Program-made: the position numbers and the translations under genes
The notes under the pieces: generated by a model
Told to the model about the DNA's origin: nothing
The model's input: only the letters and a program-made list of their open reading frames with translations
The model's database searches: none
Virus record (IMG/VR): IMGVR_UViG_3300030085_002431
Location: 62,001-126,000 of that record
Strand: one strand, 5' to 3'
Length of the DNA: 64,000 nt
Shown here: in pieces, positions 1 through 11,200 of the stretch
Numbering within the stretch: position 1 is the first letter of the stretch
Layout of the letters: each line of letters begins with the position of its first letter

Positions 1-680
1 TCTATATCTCCACCATATTTTTTTATGCAGCATTCCGCTACGTGCTGGAAACTTACTGGGGCACTAGTTCCAAGGTCATAGATTCCTGAACCTTTTTTAT
101 TATCCAGGACAACTTTAACAATGTCATCAACACAAATAAAGTCCCTTAGGAAGTCTTGAGAACCTTCAAATAATTTTAGTTTTCCAGTCTCTTCTATTTC
201 TTTAGCAAATTTACTTACTGGACTTGCTTGGTTTCCTTTATCATTCTCACCATCACCATAGACATTGAAGTAACGGAATCCTTGAATTAATGGAAATCTA
301 TCCATATTATCTTGAACCCAATAATCTGTTGTTACTTTGGATAATGCGTAGTAATTGAGTGGGTTGATAATTCCTTGTTCATTACCATAAACAGAAGCAG
401 ATGAAGCATACTTAACTGGAATTTCATGTTTTGCTGCTTGCTCAAACAACCACTCACTAAATTCAATATTGAATGTAAATATTTGCTTTAAGTTTGTATT
501 TGTAGTAGAGGACATGGCACCTTGGTGGATAATGCATTCTACTTCTTTCCACCTATAGAAATTTTTTCTCCAATGCCAACTATTGTTCTTCTCTACTTCT
601 ATTACTTCTTTACCTTTTTTCTTTAGGGCGGCAAGAAATTTCTTTCCAATGAATCCCTTAGAACCAGTTAATATAATCAT
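1..680 (-). CDS. hldD: NAD-dependent epimerase, ADP-L-glycero-D-manno-heptose 6-epimerase-like (runs off the window start)
   Basis: Not in the ORF track. Manual reverse-strand translation from ATG at 680: MIILTGSKGFIG (Rossmann GxxGxxG), IHQGAMSSTT, YASSASVYG, PLNYYALSK (YxxxK), GFRYFNVYG, RDFICVDD. Confidence 0.85.
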   Translation of the reverse strand, partial: MIILTGSKGFIGKKFLAALKKKGKEVIEVEKNNSWHWRKNFYRWKEVECIIHQGAMSSTTNTNLKQIFTFNIEFSEWLFEQAAKHEIPVKYASSASVYGNEQGIINPLNYYALSKVTTDYWVQDNMDRFPLIQGFRYFNVYGDGENDKGNQASPVSKFAKEIEETGKLKLFEGSQDFLRDFICVDDIVKVVLDNKKGSGIYDLGTSAPVSFQHVAECCIKKYGGDI

Positions 681-687
681 ATAAATA
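680..687 (+). promoter_or_regulatory. T4-type late promoter TATAAATA
   Basis: Exact TATAAATA about 30 nt upstream of a structural gene; overlaps the divergent hldD start codon. Confidence 0.7.
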
Positions 688-716
688 CTAAAAATAGCTG
701 TATATTGGGGTATAAA

Positions 717-2042
717 ATGGCCTTTGGCTTACTACAATCAATTATACCAGAAGTTGATAAGAACACAACCTTATATGGTGCTCCAAGTCAGACATTGGCG
801 CAAGGAAAGATTTCAATTTCTAGTAAAAATTATAATCCAGTACGAGTACGTGTTTGCTTATCAACCACATCTGCGTATGATGATGTTGAGTATTTAGAAT
901 ATGATAGGTATATCAATTATGGTGAAACCTATGAGACTGGAATTATTAGTGTTGGAAACGGCCAACGAATTGTAGTACGAGCTGACCATACAAAAGTAAA
1001 TTTTGTATTTACTGGAGAAGAATTTAATGAAGGTTCTGGAATACTCAATGGAAATTATTCTGGATTATTGGGTAATGTAATATCTACTAATTCTGATGAT
1101 AAGTTACTATACTCTGTTCCTACTGGATTAAAGGCCAATACAGCAACATTAAACATCGTTAATTTAAAATCATTCCCAGCAAAAGCAAGGATTGGTTTAT
1201 TAAAATCCGTAGATGCAATTACAGATTTTAGTTCTGAGGATTATATTGAATATGATGTAGAAATTGGACCAAATGATACTTATGTAAGGTCTGACTTAAA
1301 ATTAGATGAATCACAAAAAATTGTTGTATCATCATCTAATGATTCTAGGCTACAGTTTTTAGTTCATGGAAGACTTAGATCTACTCTTTCAGGAGGACAA
1401 GATGACTTTGATGTAGATGGAAGATTATATGTTGCTGGTCCTGCAGGTATTGGAACTGTCCCAAGAGCAAAACTGGATGTAATTGGTGGTGCTCTTATTT
1501 CTGGTCAGGCAAAAGTTGGTCTAGGAATGACCATCGGTAATGAACTATTTGTTGGTCAAAACTTATCAGTTGGTGGGACAATTACTGGAACATTTGACCC
1601 AACAGATATAAGCAATGCAATTTTCACACAAGGTTCATTACCTGCTGTTGATGGTTCTGCACTGACTGGAGTTACCGCACAGGGTACTGGTGTTGTAATT
1701 CAAGATGACACAGTGCCTCAAGGTACTGCCACTACTTTAAACTTTAATGGTGGTATTGCAGCAGTAACTAATGGTAGTACTGCTACTGTTAGTTTGGCAA
1801 ATCAAGTTAATGTTCTTCAAACATTGACTGTTAATAGTAATAAATTTATTGTGGAAGGTGCAACTGGAAATACTACAGTTGCTGGAAATGTCAATGTTCA
1901 ATCAAATCTCACAGTTTCTGGTCATATTGATGTACTAAATAGTCATATCGTGAATGTTGGGTATCCAACATCAGATCATCATGCGGTGTCAAGGTCATAT
2001 GTTGACTCTAAAACAACTGCAATGTCAATAGCCCTCTCATAA
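717..2042 (+). CDS. Virion structural / fibre-like protein with two tandem N-terminal beta domains
   Basis: ATG at 717 is in frame with the track ORF. Internal duplication GLL..LY..P...EY(L/I)EYD..I; beta-rich stalk; C-terminal VGYPTSDHHAVSRSYVD neck-like motif; late promoter upstream. Confidence 0.6.
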   Translation: MAFGLLQSIIPEVDKNTTLYGAPSQTLAQGKISISSKNYNPVRVRVCLSTTSAYDDVEYLEYDRYINYGETYETGIISVGNGQRIVVRADHTKVNFVFTGEEFNEGSGILNGNYSGLLGNVISTNSDDKLLYSVPTGLKANTATLNIVNLKSFPAKARIGLLKSVDAITDFSSEDYIEYDVEIGPNDTYVRSDLKLDESQKIVVSSSNDSRLQFLVHGRLRSTLSGGQDDFDVDGRLYVAGPAGIGTVPRAKLDVIGGALISGQAKVGLGMTIGNELFVGQNLSVGGTITGTFDPTDISNAIFTQGSLPAVDGSALTGVTAQGTGVVIQDDTVPQGTATTLNFNGGIAAVTNGSTATVSLANQVNVLQTLTVNSNKFIVEGATGNTTVAGNVNVQSNLTVSGHIDVLNSHIVNVGYPTSDHHAVSRSYVDSKTTAMSIALS

Positions 2043-2074
2043 ACTTATCATTCTTTGTATAGGAGAATCAATAC

Positions 2075-5000
2075 ATGGCAAAAAAGCAAATTAAGAACTA
2101 TGTGTTCCTTCCTGGCGCCGCAGGAGTAGGTAAAATAAAAGTTCTAGACAAGATTGACCAAGAGTCAATTTTGCTAATTACGAATACGACAGATAATACA
2201 ACCCTTTATAACTTTGGTGATGGTTCCAAAAAAATCACCACAACATTCCAAAGAGTACAGGATAACGAGGATCCACATTTCCCATATGCTACCTCCACTT
2301 CGGAAGGTATTACGCATATTATATTCCAATTTGATACATCAACACAAAGTTCTACTGACAACCTACAAATTTTTGTAGAAGCAGAAGAAGCAGTTTTTAG
2401 ACCATATAAGTTTGGTACTGATGCTATTGAGAGGATGCGTATTGCAGCACCTCAATCAATGATTGATGCTGACTTTGAATATGGTCTACAACCAACTAAG
2501 TGGCAGACTATTGATATTCAAAGAGGGTATCCATCAATCTTTGAAATACCTGGTTCTGAAACCACAATTGACACAATCACAACTGATGCATCATCAGCAA
2601 CTAGTGGTATTGGTGACTCATTGATTACAGTAACCACTGTTGTTAATCATGATATGGAAGTTGGTCAACCAATCAGAATTTCTGGTACAGATGATGATGT
2701 AACTGGAAGTTCCAGAGCAAACGGTTCCTTCATCATTAGTGATGTTCCTTATGCAAATCAATTTACCTATTATGCAAAGGGTAGGGTTGGTACTACCAAT
2801 GGTGAAAGTATTAAATCATCATACACCAGCCTAAAGAAAGGTGGATTCTACACTGGTGCAGAAATTGGAACTCCAACCTTTACTGTAGAATCTCAAGGTT
2901 CTAGTGGAACAGTATATTCATTCTTCAATCTTCCTGCTGGTTCAAATAGAGTTGCTTATGGTGGAACTGGTGGTGCAGTAGTTGGTTCACCTCTTTCAGG
3001 AACAGGAATTGCTAATGGTACTCAGGTAACAGGTTTAACAGGAGTAACAACAACAAAAACCGTTAATACAGATGTATTTTCTGGTCAAAACTCTATTATT
3101 CTTGATGATACTGCGACTGTCGCAGTTGGTGCTGCATTAAGTACCAATGTTTCTGGTGTAGCAACTGCACTATTTGTTACTAATATCGTAAACAATACTC
3201 TAAGTTTAAGTGGACCTCTGCAAGAGTCATATCTTGGTGGTTCTTCTGATCTAGGTCAAAAGGAAGTACAATCATTACATTCCAATGGAAGTGGTGCATT
3301 ATTTGATGTAACTAGAAGAAATGGACATTATGCTGTTGCTTTAACTAATATTTCAAAATCCATAACTGGTACTTCTGGCACTACAATTATTGGTGTTAAT
3401 AATATAACAAATCTACTTGTTGGAATGACGGTATCTGGTTCCAGTATTGGTGCTGGAACAACCATTGTTGGATTGGGAACAAATACTGTTGAGATATCCC
3501 AAGGAACTTCTGGTGCGGTTAGCACTGCAAACTTCAGTAATCCAGGTGTAGGATACACAACTAATGACAGAATTCGTCTCCGTGGTAATTTCTTAGGTGG
3601 TGGATTAAATAATGATTGTATCGTAAGAGTTGTTGAAACTGGTGCTGGTGGAAGTATATCATCGATTTCTTCTTCTAAGGTTGTTACTCCAGTTAGCACT
3701 GCAAAGATTAGTACAGCACAAGCAAAAACTGGTGGTTCATCACTGCTTCTGAATGGAACTTCTGATGGTATTACTATCACTGATGCAATTACTGATGTAA
3801 ATTATTCTGAACTATACATTGGTGATAATGATTTCTCAATAGATTTTTGGATTTATAGAAATCGTATTAGTGTTGCAGAAGTTTTGGTTGATGCTCGTAC
3901 CACTGCCTCCACTGATGTAAGACCACATATTATCATTAATGCTAACAACAATGTAGTTTATGGTGTAGGTGGTAATACAAGAATTACTGGTACAACACAA
4001 ATATTAGCATCCACATGGACACATATTGCTGTTTCTAGAAATTCGGGAACTACAAGACTATTTGTTAATGGTGTCGAAGATGGTACAGACACAAACAATG
4101 ATACATTTGCTACAGCAGCATCATATGTGGTAACTGTTGGTAAACTTGGATATGGAGCTTCTGGATATGCTTCTGCATATATTGATAACTTTAGAATGAC
4201 ATATTCTTATGGAAGATTCGCATCAGCATTTGATGCATCTGCTTTAGCTATTTCTAATGATGTCTATAATTCAGTATTGTGTAACTTTAGAGGTCTTAAT
4301 AATGCAACTACTTTCCAAGATGATTCAAAGGGACGAGCAATTTTAAGTAGTGCTATTTACACCAATGTTCAAGGTTTATCTTCACAAAATGGTAGTGGAG
4401 CAACATACACAATCACAAGAAGTGGTGGTGGTTCTTCTACCTATAGTGTAACTCAGACTTCTGGTGGTTCTGGATATGTTGCTACCGAAACAATTACTGT
4501 TGATGGTTCTGTTCTCGGTGGTGTAAGTACTGTAAACGACCTAACGATAACTGTTAATACTGTTGATGCAAATGGAACAGTTCTAACTTCATCTGCTAAT
4601 GGTACTGCATCTGATGGTTATTTGACTTCCATTTTAATGGGAGATTTTAATAATAAGGCATCTAATAGTGGTACTGGACTTGAAGTTAGTGTATCTAGAG
4701 GAAATGGTGTATATGGTGTAACTGTGGACACTGCTGGTAATGGATATTATCCAGAGTACCAGGAGTTTATTCCTGGAAATCAACTTGGTGGTCAAACTCC
4801 TGCAAACGATCTAACACTTACAACTAATAATCTAAGTACTTCTGCATTTGGTGCTGTAAATAGTGTATCTGTTTCTGGCACACCAATTGCTGCAGATTCC
4901 ATTACATTCTATCCAAGTTTAACATTAAGTGAACCTACTACAGCAACCCTTGCTGATGATACTGCAATAACTTTCTCATCTATTGCTTCTATTGGATGCA

Positions 5001-7345
5001 CATTTGCATCTAATCATGGTCTAACACCTGGAAGTCCAGTTTTTGTTACAGTTGGTTCTAGTGGTCAAAATCATGATTTGGTTGGTGGACCTAGAATTAT
5101 TGAAAGTATTCCAGAACTCGATAAGATTGTATTTAAAGCAAGGTCTGCTGGACAAGTTGGTGCTGCAATTACTGGAGAGATTTATACAAGACCAGACTGC
5201 TTCTATATCCACAGACCATTTGATGGTGGTGTTCTCCTAGGAACTGGAAGTCCAACGCATGGTGTTACTGCTGTTCGTCAATCTAAGAAGTATCTTCGTT
5301 ATCAGTCAGGTAAAGGTATCATGTTTACCACTGGTACTTTGATGGCACCAAGTTATGACTTAAGGTCTGGAACTTCAAATGGAACTGCAGTTGGTAGTAT
5401 TGTAACATTTATTACTGATGATGTTGAGCATGGTCTACAAGCAGGTGCAGAAATTATAATTAAAGGTTTCTCAACTTCTGGATATAATGGTCACTATGAA
5501 GTCCAAACAATTGTTGATGAGTATACATTTACAGTTCTTGCAAATGAAACACTTGGAGCAACCAATGCTCTACTAGCTGACCAACCTCAAGTATCATTGT
5601 ATCAGTGGAAAGGTTCAACTGTTCGTGCTGGTGCATTTGATGACCAAAATGGAATTTACTGGCAATATGATGGAATCAATCTTTCCATTGGTCTAAGATC
5701 ATCTACATATCAAATTGCAGGAACTATTGCAGTTAATACAGATTCAAATACTGTTACTGGAACAAATACTCGTTTTAGAGAGCAGTTAATTGCTGGTAAT
5801 AAAATTGTTATTCGTGGTATGACACATACTGTTACCCACATTGCTAGCAATACAGAATTGACAGTAACTCCAGACTTCAGAGGTGTAAATAACGTATCTG
5901 GTGTCAAAGCAGCACTAATCAAAGATATATTGATTCCACAGAGTCAGTGGAACTTGGATAGAGGTGATGGTACTGGTCCTTCTGGATATAAGATTGAAGT
6001 CAATAAGATGCAGATGTATGGTTTCCAGTATTCCTGGTATGGTGCTGGTTTCATCGACTGGATGCTTCGTGGACCAAATGGTGACTATCTATATGTACAT
6101 AGACTCAAGAATAACAACAGAAACACGGAAGCATTTATGCGTTCTGGTAACCTACCTGTACGTTATGAGGTTATTAATGAAGGTGCTAAGACAAAACTAA
6201 CTGCACCAGTTGGAACTGGTTCAACAACATTAAGTATTGATGACGTAAGACTGTTACCAACAGCAGGTTCATTGTATATTGATAACGAAATTATTAATTA
6301 CACTGGTGTAACTACAGCAACTAATACTCTAACAGGTATTACAAGAGAAGGAACATACAGTAATTATTATTCTGGTTCTACCAGAACATATTCTGCAGGT
6401 ATTGCAACCGATCACAGTAGTGGAACAGGTGCAATTCTTCTTTCCAACACTGCAACTCCAATTATCAGTCACTGGGGTTCTGCTTACTTGACTGATGGTC
6501 TATTTGATACAGATAGAGGTTACATCTTCAACTATCAGGCAACTGGTTTTGATATCTCAACCGTTAAGCAGACTGCGTTCTTAATCCGTCTATCACCTAG
6601 TGTTTCTAATGCAATTCTTGGTGACCTTGGTGAGAGAGAACTAATTAACCGAGCACAGTTACTACTTAAAGGTCTTGAGTTTACTGCAACTGGTGGTACG
6701 GCTACTCAAGGTGTTGTCATCGAGGGTGTTCTAAACCCACAAAACTATCCAACAAATCCAGATGACGTTGAATGGTTCCCACTAAACAACGTTTCTGTTG
6801 GTGGACAACCATCATTCGCACAGATTGCGGATGGTACTCGGGTTACATGGCCTGGTGCAACAACTACTTACCAATATACCAACTCACTTGATAGACCCTA
6901 TAAGACTACGTGGGTTCCATTCCTTGCCTCAGAAGCAGCAAACTTAAGAGTTGGTATGCAAGTATCTGCTTCTGGACTAAAAGGTGGTACTACAATTAGA
7001 AAAATTGAAAGTTATACTTTCCAGAGTGGTGGTCAAACACATAGGTGGGTCGTACTCACTAACCGTGTCAATGCTGGTACTGCTGGTAGTACTCAATTTA
7101 CCTTCACTACTGTTGATAATCGTGCAATCCCAGGTGAAACTATCTTCTCGTTCATCGGAAGTGGTGGTGGAGGAAATGCTACCTCTTTAGATTTGTCTGA
7201 CCTTAAGGAATTAAACAATACCCCAATCGGTGGTAGAGGTGCATTCCCCAACGGACCTGATGTTCTTGCAATTAACGTTTATACTACGGATGGTAGTGAC
7301 TTTACTGGTAACCTCGTTCTTAGATGGTCTGAGGCACAGGCATAA
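2075..7345 (+). CDS. Large virion structural protein (fibre/baseplate-associated) with a LamG/concanavalin-like domain
   Basis: 1756 aa, Gly/Thr/Ser-rich. FSIDFWIY...WTHIAVSRNSGTTRLFVNG is LamG-like; AGGAGA RBS; lies upstream of gp13. Confidence 0.7.
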   Translation: MAKKQIKNYVFLPGAAGVGKIKVLDKIDQESILLITNTTDNTTLYNFGDGSKKITTTFQRVQDNEDPHFPYATSTSEGITHIIFQFDTSTQSSTDNLQIFVEAEEAVFRPYKFGTDAIERMRIAAPQSMIDADFEYGLQPTKWQTIDIQRGYPSIFEIPGSETTIDTITTDASSATSGIGDSLITVTTVVNHDMEVGQPIRISGTDDDVTGSSRANGSFIISDVPYANQFTYYAKGRVGTTNGESIKSSYTSLKKGGFYTGAEIGTPTFTVESQGSSGTVYSFFNLPAGSNRVAYGGTGGAVVGSPLSGTGIANGTQVTGLTGVTTTKTVNTDVFSGQNSIILDDTATVAVGAALSTNVSGVATALFVTNIVNNTLSLSGPLQESYLGGSSDLGQKEVQSLHSNGSGALFDVTRRNGHYAVALTNISKSITGTSGTTIIGVNNITNLLVGMTVSGSSIGAGTTIVGLGTNTVEISQGTSGAVSTANFSNPGVGYTTNDRIRLRGNFLGGGLNNDCIVRVVETGAGGSISSISSSKVVTPVSTAKISTAQAKTGGSSLLLNGTSDGITITDAITDVNYSELYIGDNDFSIDFWIYRNRISVAEVLVDARTTASTDVRPHIIINANNNVVYGVGGNTRITGTTQILASTWTHIAVSRNSGTTRLFVNGVEDGTDTNNDTFATAASYVVTVGKLGYGASGYASAYIDNFRMTYSYGRFASAFDASALAISNDVYNSVLCNFRGLNNATTFQDDSKGRAILSSAIYTNVQGLSSQNGSGATYTITRSGGGSSTYSVTQTSGGSGYVATETITVDGSVLGGVSTVNDLTITVNTVDANGTVLTSSANGTASDGYLTSILMGDFNNKASNSGTGLEVSVSRGNGVYGVTVDTAGNGYYPEYQEFIPGNQLGGQTPANDLTLTTNNLSTSAFGAVNSVSVSGTPIAADSITFYPSLTLSEPTTATLADDTAITFSSIASIGCTFASNHGLTPGSPVFVTVGSSGQNHDLVGGPRIIESIPELDKIVFKARSAGQVGAAITGEIYTRPDCFYIHRPFDGGVLLGTGSPTHGVTAVRQSKKYLRYQSGKGIMFTTGTLMAPSYDLRSGTSNGTAVGSIVTFITDDVEHGLQAGAEIIIKGFSTSGYNGHYEVQTIVDEYTFTVLANETLGATNALLADQPQVSLYQWKGSTVRAGAFDDQNGIYWQYDGINLSIGLRSSTYQIAGTIAVNTDSNTVTGTNTRFREQLIAGNKIVIRGMTHTVTHIASNTELTVTPDFRGVNNVSGVKAALIKDILIPQSQWNLDRGDGTGPSGYKIEVNKMQMYGFQYSWYGAGFIDWMLRGPNGDYLYVHRLKNNNRNTEAFMRSGNLPVRYEVINEGAKTKLTAPVGTGSTTLSIDDVRLLPTAGSLYIDNEIINYTGVTTATNTLTGITREGTYSNYYSGSTRTYSAGIATDHSSGTGAILLSNTATPIISHWGSAYLTDGLFDTDRGYIFNYQATGFDISTVKQTAFLIRLSPSVSNAILGDLGERELINRAQLLLKGLEFTATGGTATQGVVIEGVLNPQNYPTNPDDVEWFPLNNVSVGGQPSFAQIADGTRVTWPGATTTYQYTNSLDRPYKTTWVPFLASEAANLRVGMQVSASGLKGGTTIRKIESYTFQSGGQTHRWVVLTNRVNAGTAGSTQFTFTTVDNRAIPGETIFSFIGSGGGGNATSLDLSDLKELNNTPIGGRGAFPNGPDVLAINVYTTDGSDFTGNLVLRWSEAQA

Positions 7346-7372
7346 ATATAATTACGGGTAAGTAGGTAGTAA

Positions 7373-8203
7373 ATGGCATCACCCAATTCTAGAGCAAGTT
7401 TAATCGAATATTGTCTCAGGAAACTGGGTAAACCAGTTCTTGAGATTAATGTCGATGATGACCAAATCGGTGATTTGGTAGATGATGCCTTACAATATTT
7501 TAATGAAAGGCATTATGATGGTGCTGTTCGTACTTACTTAAAGCATCAATTAACTGCAGATAATAAAGCAGCAATTCTTTCAAAATCAACTGAACAAAAA
7601 ACAAATACTGCTACTGTTGGTATTGCAACTGTTTCTGGAACAACAGATTTTGAAGAAGGAAATAATTTCTTGGAATTACCAGATAGTATTATTGGAGTCA
7701 ACAATGTTTTCAAAGTTGACTCTAGTACAATATCATCTGGTCTTTTTAATATTAAATATCAGATATTTTTAAACGACTTATATTACTATGGTGCTCTAGA
7801 CCTAATGAACTATGCGATGGTCAAGACTCACCTGGAAGATATTAGTAGATTACTAACACCTGATGTTCAGTTAAGATTCAACAAGAAACAACATAGACTA
7901 TATCTTGATATTGACTGGAAACAAGTAGATGAAGACCAGTACATTGTTTTAGATTGTATTAGAATAGTCAATCCAAATGATTTTACAGCAGTTTATAATG
8001 ACTGGTGGGTCAAGAGGTATACTACTGCACTAATTAAAAGACAGTGGGGGCAAAACCTTATTAAGTTTAATGGGGTGCAACTTCCTGGTGGCATCAGTCT
8101 TAATGGTAGAGAAATCTATGAAGATGCTATTCGAGAAATTGATAAGTTAGAGGAAGAACTCCATAATGATTATGAATTACCTCCAATGGATATGATTGGT
8201 TGA
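7373..8203 (+). CDS. gp13: Neck protein gp13
   Basis: YCLRKLGKPVLEINVDDDQ, KRQWGQNLIKF..VQLPGG; synteny; TAAATA at 7343. Confidence 0.95.
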   Translation: MASPNSRASLIEYCLRKLGKPVLEINVDDDQIGDLVDDALQYFNERHYDGAVRTYLKHQLTADNKAAILSKSTEQKTNTATVGIATVSGTTDFEEGNNFLELPDSIIGVNNVFKVDSSTISSGLFNIKYQIFLNDLYYYGALDLMNYAMVKTHLEDISRLLTPDVQLRFNKKQHRLYLDIDWKQVDEDQYIVLDCIRIVNPNDFTAVYNDWWVKRYTTALIKRQWGQNLIKFNGVQLPGGISLNGREIYEDAIREIDKLEEELHNDYELPPMDMIG

Positions 8204-8204
8204 T

Positions 8205-11200
8205 ATGGCACCTTTAAACTCTTATTTCTTACAAGGTTCTCCTAGTGAGCAAAGACTTGTACAGGATTTAATTAACGAACAACTAAGCATTTATGGGCAA
8301 GATGTTGTATACATGCCCAGAAAAATCATCAATGAAGAGAAAGTAATCAAGGAAATTACTGTCTCTAAATTTGATGATAGTTTTCGTATTGAGGCATATA
8401 TCTCAACGTTTGATGGTTATGGTGGACAAGGTGATATCCTTAGTAAGTTTGGTGTAAGAAGCACAGATGAGATTACTTTCGTAATCTCGAAAGAACGTTA
8501 TGCAGACTTCATTACCCCAAAGATTAGTTTATTTAAGGACCAAGTAAAAACTGCAGAAAGACCACAAGAAGGTGATTTAATCTATCTTCCATTAGACAAT
8601 AGTCTCTTTGAGATTAAGTATGTTGAGATGAAGGCACCCTTCTATCAACTCAATAATCTTTATGTCTATGAACTCCGTTGTGAGCTCTTTGAATATGAGG
8701 ATGAAATTATTGATACTGATATTGCAGAAGTTGATGAGTCTGTACAAGACTTTGGTTACATACAGACTTTGGTTATGCATAACAGCACTACCTTTATTCA
8801 AGCTAGAGCAAGCTCAATTGACTTACATGCATCATTAGTAGGTACTCGTCCAGGTTTACCTAAGTATGGTGTTGTTTATATTGATATTATTAATGGTGGT
8901 TCTGGATATCTTACTCCACCAGAAGTTAGGTTTAAGAAACCTGGTGGTTTTGGAATATTACCAACGGTAGAGGCAATCCTCGATAGGGGGTCCATATCTA
9001 AGGTATTAATTAGTCACCCTGGCATGGGTTATACCTTTGCTCCAGAAATTACATTCCACGGTGGTGGAGGAGTAGGTGCTGCTGCTACAGCAGTTATTGC
9101 TAAGGGAATTCCTTTAGTTGGACTTACAACAGGTGGTGTTGGATACTCTACTGCACCTAATGTATACATTAATAATCCAGTAAATCCAAATAGTCCTAAT
9201 GGTTTCGACCCAATCTTCAATCCTAAGTATATTACTAGACTAAATTCTGTAGGTAATGTTGTCTCAATACTTGCAGAACAGGTTGGTGGCAAGTATGACG
9301 AGTTTGCATCTGGTGCGGGATTACCACCATCAGCTGCTATAGATCCACAATCCCCAACTTTCATTAATCGTCAGGGAGCAACAGCAACTGCGACAGTTGG
9401 TGCTGGTGGGTCTGTCACGGCAATTAGCATAACAAACGGTGGTGCAGGATATAACTCTGCACCAGTGGTAAGTATTTCCACGGCACCAGATACAACTACA
9501 ACCAGTATAGAAACAATATTACTTGAGGATGTTGGATTAGGTTATACTGTCGGTACATATACATTAAGACCTTTCCCAGGACAGAACCCAACTCCTGTGG
9601 GAGCAAATGGTATTGTTAGTATAGATTCAGTTGGTGTTGGTGGAAGTATCACAGGAATATCAGTTTCTGCTGGAGGAACTAATTTTGCTGTAGGGGAAAG
9701 ATATATATTTGGTGGTAATGTGGGTGCATCAACAATTACCAGTTCTTTACTTGGAGCAGCATCACTTACCGCATCAACTGAACCAACAGAATACCAAGAT
9801 AATGATGATGATTGGTGGGAACTCGATCTCCCATGGAATATCATATATGCTGGCAGTGAATATGCGAAAGTTTTTGTTAGTACAAATAACTTCCTGACCT
9901 TTATTGAAGGAAGTGACGAGTATGATCACGAGTACCCCGATACTCCAGAACTTCCTAAGATTCGTATTCGAGCTGATGATAACTCAGTACAAAGAATATA
10001 CTATGGTACAGAAGGAACTGCACCAAATAGAACATTCAGAATCCGTTCAGAGGGAACTAATGATACTGAGGGTATACTAGGTGATCCAAACATGGTATAT
10101 GAAGCTATTTTCTATGAAGCAACTCCAAATCAGATTGATATTCAAAATGGAGAATTGGCAAGAAACGACCAATCAGATTATCCTGGAGTAAGTGGTGCGT
10201 TTTCAGATGATGCTCTTCTTGTGACTGGAAATCTCGGAACCCCATTTAGTGGAACTCGGTTAACAAGTAGTGCTCTGCCTGGTAACGGAGCACGTATAAA
10301 TGTTACTGGTCTAGCAACAGATATAGGAGTAACTGCAACAGCAACCGCAGTAGTTGGATCTGGTGGTACTATTGGTGCGATTACAATAACAAACCCAGGA
10401 GCTGGATATACTATTACACCAACAGTGGATATTGCTCTTCCAATCATACCTAATAGTGCTAATTTCAGAGAAGCAACAGCAACTTCAACAATAGGTACTT
10501 CTGGAACTGTCACATCACTAACTATAACAGATAATGGTTTGGGATACGGTTCAGCACCAGTTGTAAGTATTTCCACAGCACCTTATAGAGATGATTCCAT
10601 TCAGCACTTTAGATTGAATAGTTCTGGTATCCGAACAGGTGATGTATATACACAAGGACCAGGTGGAAACAGCAGTGGTGTTGGTGGATTCTCAGGAAGT
10701 CATGGTTCCAATTATGACGTTGGTGATATACTCAGAATGGATCCTCCTTCCCACCTGACTGGTTCGGGTGCAATAATCCGTGTTGATTCTGTTCAATCTG
10801 AAGGTAGTGTTACTGGATTTACCATGCTCTATGGTGGTTCTAACTATCAAACAGTACAGAATTTCTCAATGGATTTATATGATGCAACATATGTTACTGC
10901 AGCAGGACTTGGAACTGGCACACAGCTTAGATTGGTAGTAGATACAGTTGAAACAGTTCAAGGAGTAAATGCAACAGCAACCGCAGTTTTAGGTGTTGGT
11001 GGTAGTGTCACTGGTTTAACAATAACAAATCCTGGTCTTGGATATAGCAATGCACCAACAGTTACTATGAGTCCAGCAACAGCTCCTGGTTCCAATACAA
11101 TTGGAATAACAACAGGGCACTTCAAATTCAATGAGACTGTCACTGGTCAAACTAGTGGAGTTACTGGAGTTGTTAAATCTTGGGACCATGATACCAGAAC

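Noticed and set aside
9360-11100. Repeats in gp14 as a CRISPR array or DGR template/variable repeat
   Set aside because: They are in-frame coding repeats with irregular spacing and synonymous-type differences; no cas or reverse transcriptase gene is in the window.
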